A model generated the notes under the pieces. That model searched no databases. It was not told where the DNA came from and saw nothing but the letters and a program-made list of their open reading frames with translations. From Albugo candida (lineage: Eukaryota), in the NCBI GenBank assembly GCA_040437565.1, contig JBDOQK010000019.1, positions 124,001 through 188,000 on the forward strand: 64,000 nucleotides of DNA, written 5' to 3'. The first letter of the stretch is position 1. Every line of letters starts with the position of its first letter. A program made the position numbers and the translations under genes. Below are positions 13,042 through 24,654 of this stretch, piece by piece.

Positions 13042-14829
13042 TCAGTCCTCGTCTTCGTATTCCCCGCAATCCTCAATAGTAACGGGTACAAGCGGTTTAT
13101 CACCTTTATCCGTCTCCATTCCTTCGATTCTTGTGATAATATCCATGCCTTCCACAACGTGACCAAAGACGACATGTTTCCCGTCCAAGTGAGGTGTTGG
13201 GACGGTGGTGATGAAGAATTGTGATCCATTCGTGTTGGGGCCAGCATTCGCCATCGAGAGCAATCCTGGACGAGTGTGTTTCAATTTTAGATTCTCATCA
13301 GCAAATTTCTCCCCATAAATGCTCTCTCCTCCTGTGCCATCTCCCTTAGTAAAGTCTCCGCCCTGAATCATGAATCCTTTGATCACGCGATGGAAACCGC
13401 TTCCTTTGAAATGCAGAGGTTGGCCGGTTGATGCATTTCCTTTTTCTCCAGTACACAAAGCTCTAAAGTTTTCTACTGTTTTCGGGCACGCGTCTTTGTA
13501 CAGTTGCATTACCACTTTTCCTGCTTCTTCGTCACCAACTTTTACGTCAAAATACACCTTTGGATTGTTTGGGTCGAGCTCTGGTTCATCACTGACTTGA
13601 GCTTTGTCATCGTACATCGACACTTTGCTAAAGATACCCCCAAATATTGCTTTCTCTTTGGTTTTGATCTCTTTGAGTTTCTCTTTCAATGTGTCCAAAG
13701 CACGACGGACATCTCGACTGGCAGGATCCAATTTACCCGCCGCCAACAGATCTTCTTTGGCTCGATCCAAATCGTTGAGATGCATTCGAGCAAGTCCACG
13801 ACGGTATAGAGCCTTGATATTGTTCTTATCATTCTTGAGGGCTTTGCCGCTAACCGCTGCTGCTTCCGTATAGTTCTCCACTTTGAGGTGACACATGCTC
13901 GCATTTACATAGCAAATCGTCTGCAATTCCTTCATTTTGGTTTGATCTTCTTCTTCAGCATCGTATAGATCGTCCATGTAGGAAGCACCTTTCTCATACT
14001 TGGCAGCTGCTTCTTCGTACTGTTGGGTCTTGAATAGTTCGGTTCCTTCAGCCTTAAGCTTGGTACATTCCTCCACCTTCTCTTCTGTGCTCATTTCCCA
14101 GCTTTCCTTCTTTTTCTCCGCGAAGCCCAATAGCTCCACATCAAATTTCAGTGTTGCATTCGCTGGAATCTTTGGAGGACTTCCAGCTTCTCCATATGCA
14201 TATTCAGGCTTACATGTAAGCATTGCTCTCTACAAGGCTATGGTCAGCAAAAGGAGCTGTGAATCAATCGGTCGACCACTCACCTCGCCCACTTTCATGG
14301 TAGCAAACGCGGTATCCCAGGCTTTGATCACATTGCCTTTGCCCAATACAAACTAGTTGCGAATATCAAGTTCAAATAAGTATCAATTGTAATAGTGTAT
14401 GCGAGTATAAAGGTTCACTTACCGTGAATTCAGAATCGCGGTCTCTCGAGCTGTCAAATACAGTTCCGTCGAGCAATGAGCCGGTGTAATGAGCTACAAT
14501 CAGANNNNNNNNNNNNNNNNNNNNNNNNNNNNNNNNNNNNNNNNNNNNNNNNNNNNNNNNNNNNNNNNNNNNNNNNNNNNNNNNNNNNNNNNNNNNNNNN
14601 NNNNCGGTCTCTCGAGCTGTCAAATACAGTTCCGTCGAGCAATGAGCCGGTGTAATGAGCTACAATCAGAGCACGTGAATTGCGACAGTAGGAAGTTTGA
14701 ATGCCAACCTCGAATTTCGTATCCATTAGGCGGGATTTCCCCCGTTCCTTCTTGTTGAATTTCTTTCAGGACACCACCATCTCCAGTGAGATCGATAACA
14801 TCTGAAGATTTCATTTCGACGTCAGCCAT
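13042..14829 (-). CDS. Dual-family immunophilin FKBP-TPR-cyclophilin (FCBP type)
   Basis: FKBP ([43 protein letters not shown]), TPR (KALYRRG), cyclophilin ([33 protein letters not shown]). Several introns; one exon is duplicated across the gap. Confidence 0.95.
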
Positions 14830-15596
14830 TTCTCAAGTGTTTACTCACGGATTTTCTAAAATAAAATTGCAAATGCAAATGTGAGGCAACTTGCGGGAAA
14901 CAGATCCTAGAGCCTCAGATCTTCGATTTCACCATCTAACAACATACCCGTTGACGGATGATACATCTTCTTTGAGAAAAGCTGCCTGAAGGAACCCTAA
15001 CATTTAATACCTCTTTATTTAGTCTGTTGTAGCTTCTCTTGGTTGCGAATATTCTGGAAGCAAGGAACACGTACCTGAACAATTAAATTACCGGTAATAC
15101 TGCTCACCTGACTTTAATTAATTCGAAATTGTACCATATTAGAGGCATAAATGCGTAAATAAATAAATCTAACAAGACTTTAATCTAGATTACGTCTATC
15201 TTTGGTAAGCTTTACTGATACAACTAACTATAGATCGGAGATTCGGCTTAGCATACCACAAGATCCAAAGCGTCCAGTAGCTTCAGTGCCTTAAAATGGC
15301 AACAAATTCGACAGCTAATTTCAGCTACCATGCGCGGCTCTGATGAAAGTATAGTCGGCGTTTCTGTGTCGTATCACGCCAAATCAAAGCTCCTACATGG
15401 AATCTAAATGTATAAAATGACGGAAGTTTTGACAGATGAAGGTTTACGTGTTGACGCAGCCACTCTTACGGTTTTCAATTGGTAACAGCACCTTTTCTAT
15501 GAGAGTTGCGCTTCCCGCGTCTCACAATCCTATTGCATGGCAACTTGTGTCTCATGATATAATCATAGTGTAATTACATATTTATATTATAAACCA

Positions 15597-18160
15597 ATGG
15601 AGATCGACGCCAATCTGATAGACTCCACAGAAGCATCAAGCAGGGCACGGAATGGAGGAGAATCTGACTGCAACTCTGTACGTGTCAAGGAGCGTATATC
15701 TTCCACCCCACTACTGCCAAACTGTATTCACTGGTCCCAAGACGGACGTGTGGCTGTCGTCACTGACACCAACATAATGATCACCACATTCTGTAATCGC
15801 GAGATGGAATTCTATATGCAGAATCCACCCATTCTCTCCAAATCCTTTATTTTCTTCCCAGCAGACATCAAAAATGAGCATATTCCCGTCGATATGACCG
15901 CACATAAGCAGGTACGATGCAAGTCTGCTTCTCTGCCGCCGTTAATGCAACTAATTGTCCATCAAAGGAGAATCTCGGATCCGGTTGCACGTCGTACTTC
16001 CTCCTGCGCAAAGACCGCCCCCAAAATCCAAAAGATATATCGCTTTCCAAAAACGAATGCAACACATTTGTCGGAATGGAGTGGGGACCTCGAGGCTCCG
16101 GTCCGAATGCGTCCTGTGCGATTGTAGCACTATCAGCTGGATCAAGGATAAGCCTTCACTTTGCATCGAGTTATCAGATGAATTGGACCGAAAGTGAGGT
16201 TTTCTCCGAGCATTTGTATGCATTTTTGGAAGAACATCAGTTCGGCGTCAAGAATTTTGCGCGTGAGCCTGCAGTTGCAAAGGACGTTTCGATTGACGAC
16301 CCAGTTGTACCAGATCGCACGAAACGGGCACGAAACCGAAATGTAGAGGCGAAAACAGTGGACGAATTGGTGAATAAGTGTGCGCTACTGGCGACGTTAT
16401 CGATTGCCTGGTCGAAGCCTCTATACAAGACGCAAATAAAGCGGGAATCATCATCCTTGATCGTATTTGCTGGAAAGAAATTGGTCACTATATGGGAGTA
16501 CACGCTGCAAACAGGAGATCAATCCAATTTGAATTCAGCGAGCAGACACCTATCATCACTTCCTATCGGATGGCTACTTTCCGAAAATTTTGGCTGGATA
16601 ACTGCGAGCACCTGGCAGCAATCCCATATCAATGCAAAGTCGACCACGACAGATAAAATGCTGCTTGCATTGGGCACGTGCGAGGGTTCAATACTGCTGA
16701 TAAGTGTCCATTTGATGCGAGGCTCTTCCATGAATCAGCTCGTGGTAGACCGTGTTGTCACTTCCCCGGGATCTCAGCCTGTGAGCTGTCTGCATCTCGG
16801 GTCACGAGCCTCGTCGAAATTCACTGGAGATAGTAAGTTGGTCGTAGGAGCAGGAATGGATATCTCAGTATGGAGCACGAAAGATGAGTCTGTAGCGACA
16901 TGGAAAGCTCATGATGCAAATATCACTGGAATAGGAGTCAGCTATTTTGGAGATGTAATCATGTCTGTGTCCATCGACGGCTGTGTCAAATCCTGGGTCA
17001 GAGTCGACACAGAGTTTATTTGCAAGCGAGCCATCGTTGAGAGCAAACCGTACCCTTTGTATGGGCTTGCAGTGTCACCGCTATCGGTTCAGATTGCATT
17101 ACTGCATGTGATGCCTCCGGCTGCTCGTCCGAACCGAAAGTCTCAGGCCGATATGTCGTATTCACGAGTATCGTGTGCCTTTGAGATTATGCGATCTCCT
17201 TTGGTGGATAGTGCTTCATCTTTGTCGGATATGATATACCGAATCCTCGAACACAGCCAGGAAGCAGCTTCATTCACTGATGTTCTCTGGTTATGTCACC
17301 AAGATACCACTTCTTCGACTCCCGATGAGAACGCTTTAGAGCTATCGCTTCCAACACTTCTTCACAATGTCAAGGGAGTGGATCTTTCAAATTTCATCAG
17401 CAAACGACTCAAAAAGCCTCTGTATGTATTGATATGCGAGAAGCTCGAGACTCAGTATTCCATCAGAGATCAACACAACCCCACAATACAGACCGCACTG
17501 GCTCCAATTCTATTGTTACAAGCATCCTATCTACTCCGCGCGTCTGCAAAAGCATCAAAAGAGGATCTCGATGTCCAAGAACAAGCGCGTCAAAAGCTTC
17601 TCCGGTCGCTATATATCTTCTGGGCGGAGCAGTGTCTGAACGTTTTGCACTTGAATAAGGACGATGAGCTCTCAATCTCAGCTACGGAGATTACGAGTGC
17701 ATTATCAATGGCAGATTTTCTCAGTATACAACCATCTCTCACGCAAAAAAGTATTGATTTGGTAACGAGCACATACGAGCGCTTTGGATCGCAGGAAGAT
17801 ATCTCCCGATGGGAAAAAAGTGTGGAATCAGCGAATAATGCGACTTTGAGCGATGAGCCAAAGCAACTTTGCGTCACATTACCCATCCGTGAGCGCTGCG
17901 TTATATGTCAGAAGGGTATCATCCCCACAGAATTTGACTTGAAATGTGAGTCTGAGCACACACAACAAAGATGCTTTCTTTCCTTCCGCGCCATCAGCTC
18001 TGTTGACGTGTGGAAATGTATGGGATGTGGAGCGTGTGCGGATAAAGCGACATGCATGGAGTCTGGCAGCCCATTTTATATGTTAGCATCGATAAATATT
18101 GAGGATATCCGTTGTCGATTATGTGGCAGCTACTGCATTTTATTTCGATATGGAATATGA
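15597..18160 (+). CDS. GTF3C4: TFIIIC delta/TFIIIC90-like subunit (WD40 plus C-terminal zinc finger)
   Basis: N-terminal NCIHWSQDGRVAV, WD40-like repeats, C-terminal ERCVIC...CESEHTQQRCFLSF...CMGC...CRLC. One intron at ~15912-15967. Confidence 0.7.
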
Positions 18161-18406
18161 TATAGAAAGAATAGAAGCAGAGAAATCTACTGGCACGCTT
18201 GTCGGTATCCCAAGCGTTGTATTGGTGTGGAAAATAGAGCGTTTATGTCATCGAAAAATGCGATAAGAAGCTCATTGAGTTGCATATTTGTTTTTACCCA
18301 ATCAAATCCAATCACATAATCGATTGGCTATAAATAAAAGCGGCATGATTGGCTGCCAACATCGCGAATTCGCGCTGTATGCACTTCCAGCGATACGACA
18401 CAAAGA

Positions 18407-21400
18407 ATGCACTCTGCAACAGACCAGACAATTCTTCGTCATGAGCCAAAGCAAGTTTGCTTTGGCATATACAGTGACCATGAGATACGGCAATTGAGTG
18501 TGAAAGAAATCGTCTCCCAAGTGACTTTTGATGCTCTAAACAATGCAGTAGTTGGAGGTCTTTACGACCCAGCATTAGGTCCAATTGATTACAATATGAT
18601 CTGTCCCACTTGTCACCAGACACAGAAAGAATGTCCCGGCCACATGGGCCACATTGAGCTCCCTGTTCCTGTGTATAATCCTGTGTTGTTCCCAAAACTG
18701 CTTACGATTCTGAAGCGAAAATGCTTCAATTGTCACAAGCTTCGTTTGGACTGCAGTAAATCACGAGTATACCGCGTCAAGATCATGTTGTACGACTGTG
18801 GACTCGCTGAGGAAGTCGCTACACTCACTGAGCTTTTGGAACAACGCGATGGAATTGAGGACGAAGCACCTCATCAAGTCATTAAGCGACAACAAGCGAT
18901 TTTGGATGAATATGAGCGCTTTGCAGCCACAAAGCGGAATACGCACAGCAAAATGCGATCTCGAGCGGTTCAGGTGGAACGCGAGCGACTTGTAGCTGAA
19001 GTGCTGAAAACCACAAAGCAAAAGTGTGAGAATTGTGGAGCGATCACACCGTCCGTTCGTCAGGATTCCAATGCGAAAATCTTTATCAAAAGCCTCAGTG
19101 CGCGCTCTCGTCGTAATAATCGCCAAAAGAACCTTAAAATCGGTGCAGCTGTGGATCAAATCACTTGTACGTTGCAAAAGGAGGAAAGATATGAAGACGG
19201 TAGCGAACTCTCTTCTGAAGATTCTTCGCTCGAAATGGACCTCAGCGAGCTTTCCCGTGACAAAAACTCGACTACGGCACATCATACATTTCTTCCTCCG
19301 CTTGAAGTACAATCTCAGCTCCAACTTTTGTGGAAACATGAGGCTGGTTTGATGGAATTGTGTTTTGGAGAGGTTGAAGCTGGCACAAGTAACACTGAAA
19401 CTCGTCTGAATGGATGGCAATCCTTCTTTCTACAGGTGGTTCCCGTCACCCCGTCACGTTTTCGGCCGCCGGTCTTTCTAGGAGACGATCAATTCGAACA
19501 CGCTCAGAACACGTATCTTTCGAAAATTATACAATTGAGTCAAGCAATCGTCCAGAAAACCAATAAAGTCGGGAAGGTATCGCCTTCAACGGGCTCCTCT
19601 GACATTATGGAAGACACTCCAGACGATATCGATCTGTTCCAAAAGCTCTCATTGTGGACAGAACTTCAGGTGAATGTGAATTCTCTCATCGACAGTACAA
19701 AGGCTCGACCTGGACAAGATACTCCTCAGGGAATTCGACAACTTATCGAGAAAAAGGAAGGACTATTCCGGAAGAATATGATGGGAAAACGAGTCAATTA
19801 CGCTGCACGATCGGTTATCTCTCCGGATCCTTACATCAGTACGAGTCAAATAGGCGTTCCTCTACGCTTTGCCAAGACGCTAACATATGCTCAGCCTGTG
19901 ACGCCTTGGAATATTGAACAATTACGCGAGCTGGTGATGAACGGACCTGACGTGCATCCAGGAGCAAACTTTGTAGAGAATGAAATGGGTCGATTGATTG
20001 ATCTGAGTAAACGAAGTCCGCATCAACGATTCGCAATAAGTAAAACCCTTCTCACCCGATCAGCAAGCGCTCAAGGGAAAAGTCGAAATCGCGTCAAAAG
20101 AGTATGGCGGCACCTTCAGACTGGCGATGTCGTATTGATGAATCGACAGCCTACACTCCACAAACCGAGTATGATGGCTCACGTTGCCCGTGTGCTGACC
20201 AATCCAGAGATGCAGACCATCCGCATGCATTATGCAAATTGTAATACGTACAATGCGGACTTTGACGGCGACGAAATGAACCTCCATTTTCCACAGAATG
20301 AGTTGGGTCGAAGTGAAGCGTACAACATCGCGGCTAATGATCATCAATACCTGGTTCCTACGGATGGCTCTCCTCTTCGAGGATTGATTCAAGATCATGT
20401 TGTGTGTGGAATCAAGCTGACACAGCGGGATACGTTCCTCACCAAAGACATGTATAATCAGTTATTATACAACGCCTGGGCATCCATCGAAGGCCTTAAT
20501 CTACCAGGAATGGTCATCGACCCGAAGCAAAATATTGAAAATATTCCTCCGGCAATACTGAAACCAAAACAGCTCTGGACAGGCAAACAAGTGATTACTT
20601 CCATTCTACGAATGCTGACGAAAGGGCTTCCTCCATTACATATGACCAGCAAAGCCAAAGTGAAAGGCGAATTGTATGGGATTTCTAATCAGGAGCACAT
20701 TGTTATTTTTCGGGATGGAGAATTACTGCAAGGTGTGCTCGATAAAAGTCAATTTGGAGCTTCCATGCACGGATTCGTGCATGCGACATACGAGATCTAC
20801 GGTGCTCGAATTGCCGCAGACTTGCTCACAGCATTGGGACGATTATTTACGTGCTACCTCCAGTTTGTTGGGCATACCTGTGCTGTGGAAGATCTGACAC
20901 TTCATGCTCAGGCTGAAAAACGCCGTAGCAAACTGATCAAAAAATCGGAAATTGCTGGAGAAGAAGCCTGTGCTGAATTTGCTGGCTTACACGATCTATT
21001 AAGTGCAAAACGCACAGCCGAACAAGATGATCGAGGCGGGAAGAAGCGACGCATGACCGACTTGGAACGGGCAGAATTACGGTCCCGCATGGAGACATTA
21101 TTCCACGGACGAGATGCTGATCAGAATCGGAAGGCTCTTGATGCTCATATGATGGGTTGTGTCCATAAATTCAATAGTGAGATCATTAAAACGTGTCTTC
21201 CTGTCGGCCAAACCAAACCGTTCCCAAGCAACAACTTTTCAATGATGGTGCTCACCGGGGCCAAAGGGTCTATGGTGAATCATTCTCAAATCTCCTGCGG
21301 CTTGGGACAACAAGCTCTCGAAGGACGTCGTGTGCCGATTCTGGTCAGTGGACGATCACTTCCTTCATTTGAGCCATTCGATCCAAGTCCTCGTGCTGGA

Positions 21401-23803
21401 GGGTACATTACAGATCGATTTCTCACAGGATTGCGTCCTCAGGAATACTACCATCACTGTATGGCAGGAAGAGAAGGTCTTGTTGATACAGCTGTAAAGA
21501 CGTCGAGAAGTGGGTATCTTCAGCGATGCTTGGTGAAGCACTTGGAAGACCTGCAAGTGGCGTACGATCACACTGTGCGTGATAGTGAAGGCAATGTGAT
21601 TCAGTTTTTGTATGGGGAAGATGGTGTGGATCCCGTCCAGGGCGCAATGCTGACTGGAAAAGACGAACAATTCACATTTCAGGTGATGAATCATCACAGT
21701 ATCGCTCACAAGTATAAAATTGATGCAACGTACTTTCAACGATGCAAAATGGATATTATGAAGCCTCAGAAACTGAACAAGGAACTCCGATCAGCAAAAC
21801 GCATGAATTATCAAGACCCTAAAAGCATACTTCCAGCAAAACTTCGCGTACATTGTCGTCGTTTAAAAAATGGAAAGACCAAGTGGAAGAGCGATAGTAT
21901 AGAGCTTGGCTGGGTCGATGCGAAAATACTGCGTATCGCGAGCTCTGCACAAGATGGTCGAGATTGTTTGTATGATATTCAGTATCTTGATACTGGCCTC
22001 AAAGCGTTCAATGTTCCTCGTACGGCCTATTTCAAAGGCAGTAAGACCCATCTTGGAAGTACCAAAGCCATGTCTGGACGTGTCAATATAATCAATGTAC
22101 CACTTCCTGATCCCGTCATGCACGTCCTACCGCTTCATGACCACCTTGGCTTGATTTCAGAGAAGCTACAAGAACAGCTTGTAGAGTATCAAACAAGAAA
22201 TCCATCCAGTTGTCTGCAAACCGTAAAGAAGCCCGCAAAGCATTCGATGCAAAATGGTGAGATCGACACGACCAAAATGGTTGGAAAGCACATTATCGGT
22301 CCAGATGCATTCCAGTTGCTCGTATGGGCCAGCTATCTTCAAAGTCTTTGTGCTCCAGGTGAAAATGTCGGAGTATTAGCAGCTCAGAGTATCGGAGAGC
22401 CATCTACGCAAATGACGCTCAATACCTTCCACTTGGCCGGTCATGGAGCAGCTAATGTGACGTTAGGAATCCCTCGCTTGCGTGAGATTATAATGACAGC
22501 GAGTGAGAAAATGTCGACTCCAATGATGACAATTCCCGTGCGGCAGGGTGTGGATATTGGTCGATGCCAACAAGTCGAACAGCATTTGAATCAAATCTCA
22601 CTCTCGAGTGTGATCAGCAACGAGGAAGGAGCCATTTCCGTGACGGATCAATCTTGCCAAAGTGAGAATGGCGTTCTGTGGGTGCGAGATTATATTATCC
22701 GGATACGATTTCACCGCATGAAATATATTCGAAAAGCTTTTGGAATTCGTTCCAGTCAAGTCTACCAAGTTGTTGGACGTAAATTTGTGGCCAAATTACT
22801 GTCATTGATTGCTCGTGACACCAAACGGAGTGCAAGTAACATTTCGAAATTCGCAGAGGTAGCCGCAGAAGATGCTGTCGAAGATGCAAATCCCCGTAGA
22901 AAACAACGCGACGATGACGACAGCGATGATGACGATAAGGAGCAGGGAACCTTGCGTTTTGGTAAACGTAATGAGATTCGAGGGTATGATGAAGTAGACG
23001 CTGGTGAGGAATCCAACCTCGCGAAAGCCGAGTCTATCGATGCACCGCGGACATTAGAAGCTGATGACGAGCTTTTAGAGAACATCGACGCTGGAACGAA
23101 GGATGTGGTTGGCAGCACGAAAGAGATATTGAAAGATGCTCTCGAGGTACCAGTAGCTGTCCGTAATCATCCATACTTTATACATTGTGGGCTCGATAAA
23201 AAACAGCACAGTGTTGAAATTCGTATCTGTCTGCCAACAAATGTGAAGCGTTTGCTTATGGTTCCATTAGTTGAAAAGGCTGCTGATAGCGTGCTTGTGC
23301 ATCACTGCCCGGGAATTTCACGGTGTTATCTCATTCATCAGCATATCGGTCAAGAAGAGCGTCCATGCATTCAGACAGAAGGACTCAATTTTCAGCAAAT
23401 TTGGGGCTTTGATGATATTTTAGAGGTGAATCAGCTCATGACGAACGATATATATCAAGTTCTCAAAACTTTCGGCGTCGAAGCAGCTCGAGCATCGATT
23501 TCGAAGCAAATCAATGAAGTTTTTGGAGTATATGGTATTAGCGTGGATCCACGTCATTTGAGCTTGTTGGCTGATTACATGACAGCCAAAGGAGGATACA
23601 TGCCTCTGAATCGCACGGGAATGGTGAATAAAGCGTCTTCCTTCCAGCAAATTACATTCGAGACATCAATGAAGTTTCTCACAGATGCAGCTCTTAGTAG
23701 GCTTTCGGATCAATTGGAGTCACCTTCTGGGCGCTTAGTGTTGGGGCTGCCGCCGCATGTGGGCACTGGAAGCTTCTCACTATTGCATCCAATTCCTGTT
23801 TGA
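18407..23803 (+). CDS. RPA1: RNA polymerase I largest subunit
   Basis: CPGHMGHIEL, KKEGLFRKNMMGKRVN, catalytic YNADFDGDEMN, and Pol I-type TLNTFHLAGHGAANVTLGIPRLREI. Confidence 0.98.
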   Translation: MHSATDQTILRHEPKQVCFGIYSDHEIRQLSVKEIVSQVTFDALNNAVVGGLYDPALGPIDYNMICPTCHQTQKECPGHMGHIELPVPVYNPVLFPKLLTILKRKCFNCHKLRLDCSKSRVYRVKIMLYDCGLAEEVATLTELLEQRDGIEDEAPHQVIKRQQAILDEYERFAATKRNTHSKMRSRAVQVERERLVAEVLKTTKQKCENCGAITPSVRQDSNAKIFIKSLSARSRRNNRQKNLKIGAAVDQITCTLQKEERYEDGSELSSEDSSLEMDLSELSRDKNSTTAHHTFLPPLEVQSQLQLLWKHEAGLMELCFGEVEAGTSNTETRLNGWQSFFLQVVPVTPSRFRPPVFLGDDQFEHAQNTYLSKIIQLSQAIVQKTNKVGKVSPSTGSSDIMEDTPDDIDLFQKLSLWTELQVNVNSLIDSTKARPGQDTPQGIRQLIEKKEGLFRKNMMGKRVNYAARSVISPDPYISTSQIGVPLRFAKTLTYAQPVTPWNIEQLRELVMNGPDVHPGANFVENEMGRLIDLSKRSPHQRFAISKTLLTRSASAQGKSRNRVKRVWRHLQTGDVVLMNRQPTLHKPSMMAHVARVLTNPEMQTIRMHYANCNTYNADFDGDEMNLHFPQNELGRSEAYNIAANDHQYLVPTDGSPLRGLIQDHVVCGIKLTQRDTFLTKDMYNQLLYNAWASIEGLNLPGMVIDPKQNIENIPPAILKPKQLWTGKQVITSILRMLTKGLPPLHMTSKAKVKGELYGISNQEHIVIFRDGELLQGVLDKSQFGASMHGFVHATYEIYGARIAADLLTALGRLFTCYLQFVGHTCAVEDLTLHAQAEKRRSKLIKKSEIAGEEACAEFAGLHDLLSAKRTAEQDDRGGKKRRMTDLERAELRSRMETLFHGRDADQNRKALDAHMMGCVHKFNSEIIKTCLPVGQTKPFPSNNFSMMVLTGAKGSMVNHSQISCGLGQQALEGRRVPILVSGRSLPSFEPFDPSPRAGGYITDRFLTGLRPQEYYHHCMAGREGLVDTAVKTSRSGYLQRCLVKHLEDLQVAYDHTVRDSEGNVIQFLYGEDGVDPVQGAMLTGKDEQFTFQVMNHHSIAHKYKIDATYFQRCKMDIMKPQKLNKELRSAKRMNYQDPKSILPAKLRVHCRRLKNGKTKWKSDSIELGWVDAKILRIASSAQDGRDCLYDIQYLDTGLKAFNVPRTAYFKGSKTHLGSTKAMSGRVNIINVPLPDPVMHVLPLHDHLGLISEKLQEQLVEYQTRNPSSCLQTVKKPAKHSMQNGEIDTTKMVGKHIIGPDAFQLLVWASYLQSLCAPGENVGVLAAQSIGEPSTQMTLNTFHLAGHGAANVTLGIPRLREIIMTASEKMSTPMMTIPVRQGVDIGRCQQVEQHLNQISLSSVISNEEGAISVTDQSCQSENGVLWVRDYIIRIRFHRMKYIRKAFGIRSSQVYQVVGRKFVAKLLSLIARDTKRSASNISKFAEVAAEDAVEDANPRRKQRDDDDSDDDDKEQGTLRFGKRNEIRGYDEVDAGEESNLAKAESIDAPRTLEADDELLENIDAGTKDVVGSTKEILKDALEVPVAVRNHPYFIHCGLDKKQHSVEIRICLPTNVKRLLMVPLVEKAADSVLVHHCPGISRCYLIHQHIGQEERPCIQTEGLNFQQIWGFDDILEVNQLMTNDIYQVLKTFGVEAARASISKQINEVFGVYGISVDPRHLSLLADYMTAKGGYMPLNRTGMVNKASSFQQITFETSMKFLTDAALSRLSDQLESPSGRLVLGLPPHVGTGSFSLLHPIPV

Positions 23804-24271
23804 ATCCACTTAATTCGAATAGATACATAATACATGTCTGCTGTTTCTTGCAATCCTAAAAACGACAGTCCCGCCAGATTGAGGCAGCTCTTCACGCGCG
23901 AAACTCGTTCAAATTTGCAATTACAGCTAATCGAGATATAATGTAGCGTTGCGTACGACGTAATTTACACCGGTTCAACCGCTCCTTCAGCCTATCCGAC
24001 TGCCGAGGTTTCCTTATATCTGGTGGTCAATAAGTAGAAATTGTCGGTGTTGAAGGACAGACATCGTATTAGCAAAGCGACTTCATTATAGTATTTATTT
24101 GCATGAGACAGCTCTATTCGTCCGTTAGTGTGGGGCACAATCGTAAGTATCGCTTGGAGGTCCGTCAACTGTTCATTTTATCACATACTATGAAATTGCA
24201 CGGTTTAACATACACATACAAAGCTAACTCGTTGATACCTGATCAACGAAACAGTAAAAATGATTATAATC

Positions 24272-24654
24272 GGGAGTCTTTATTATTCAGTCACCCTCTT
24301 GATAGTATTCACTCACCCAGTGATCATTGGCTAAAATCCACGTTAGACGGAGATGTACATTCACTCACTGCAAGAATATCCTTTTATAATCTTTAGAAAG
24401 TTGCGTTTATAATTGCAGAATTTTTACGTCCTAAATATAAGCCACTTTGGTAATATACATATTGAAGCAAATTTTATGGTGTATATCCTAAGAGTGTATA
24501 GGATTGATAAGTTGAGTTCAATTTTACACTTTGTTTGTGCCTAGTTGTAGTCGAAAGGGAGTCACCGCGCATGTGGTGTGGCTCAGTGATGAGTAATGAT
24601 TACTGATGAATATTAGCCAATGAATCAGGAAGTGAGTGAATACTAAAGGCTTCC
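24272..24654. mobile_element. MITE-like element, shorter degenerate copy
   Basis: Left end GGGAGTCTTTATTATTCAGTCACCCTCTTGATAGTATTCACTCA; right end TGAGTGAATACTAAAGGCTTCC. Internal similarity to 38441-39024. Confidence 0.8.

Noticed and set aside
14484-14500. GTGTAATGAGCTACA resembling the hairpin-array motif
   Set aside because: It is the antisense of the FKBP AHYT exon boundary, so coincidental.
15285-15380. TGCCTTAAA (U12-like start) and CTGATGA (hammerhead-like core)
   Set aside because: No U12 GAGTAAGGAAAA motif, and no stem II/GAAA for a hammerhead.
4788-23803. Apparent ribosome-biogenesis/translation gene cluster (mS33, MRT4, eIF3h, TFIIIC, RPA1)
   Set aside because: Housekeeping genes are common in gene-dense regions and these are interspersed with unrelated genes; no evidence of a functional cluster.
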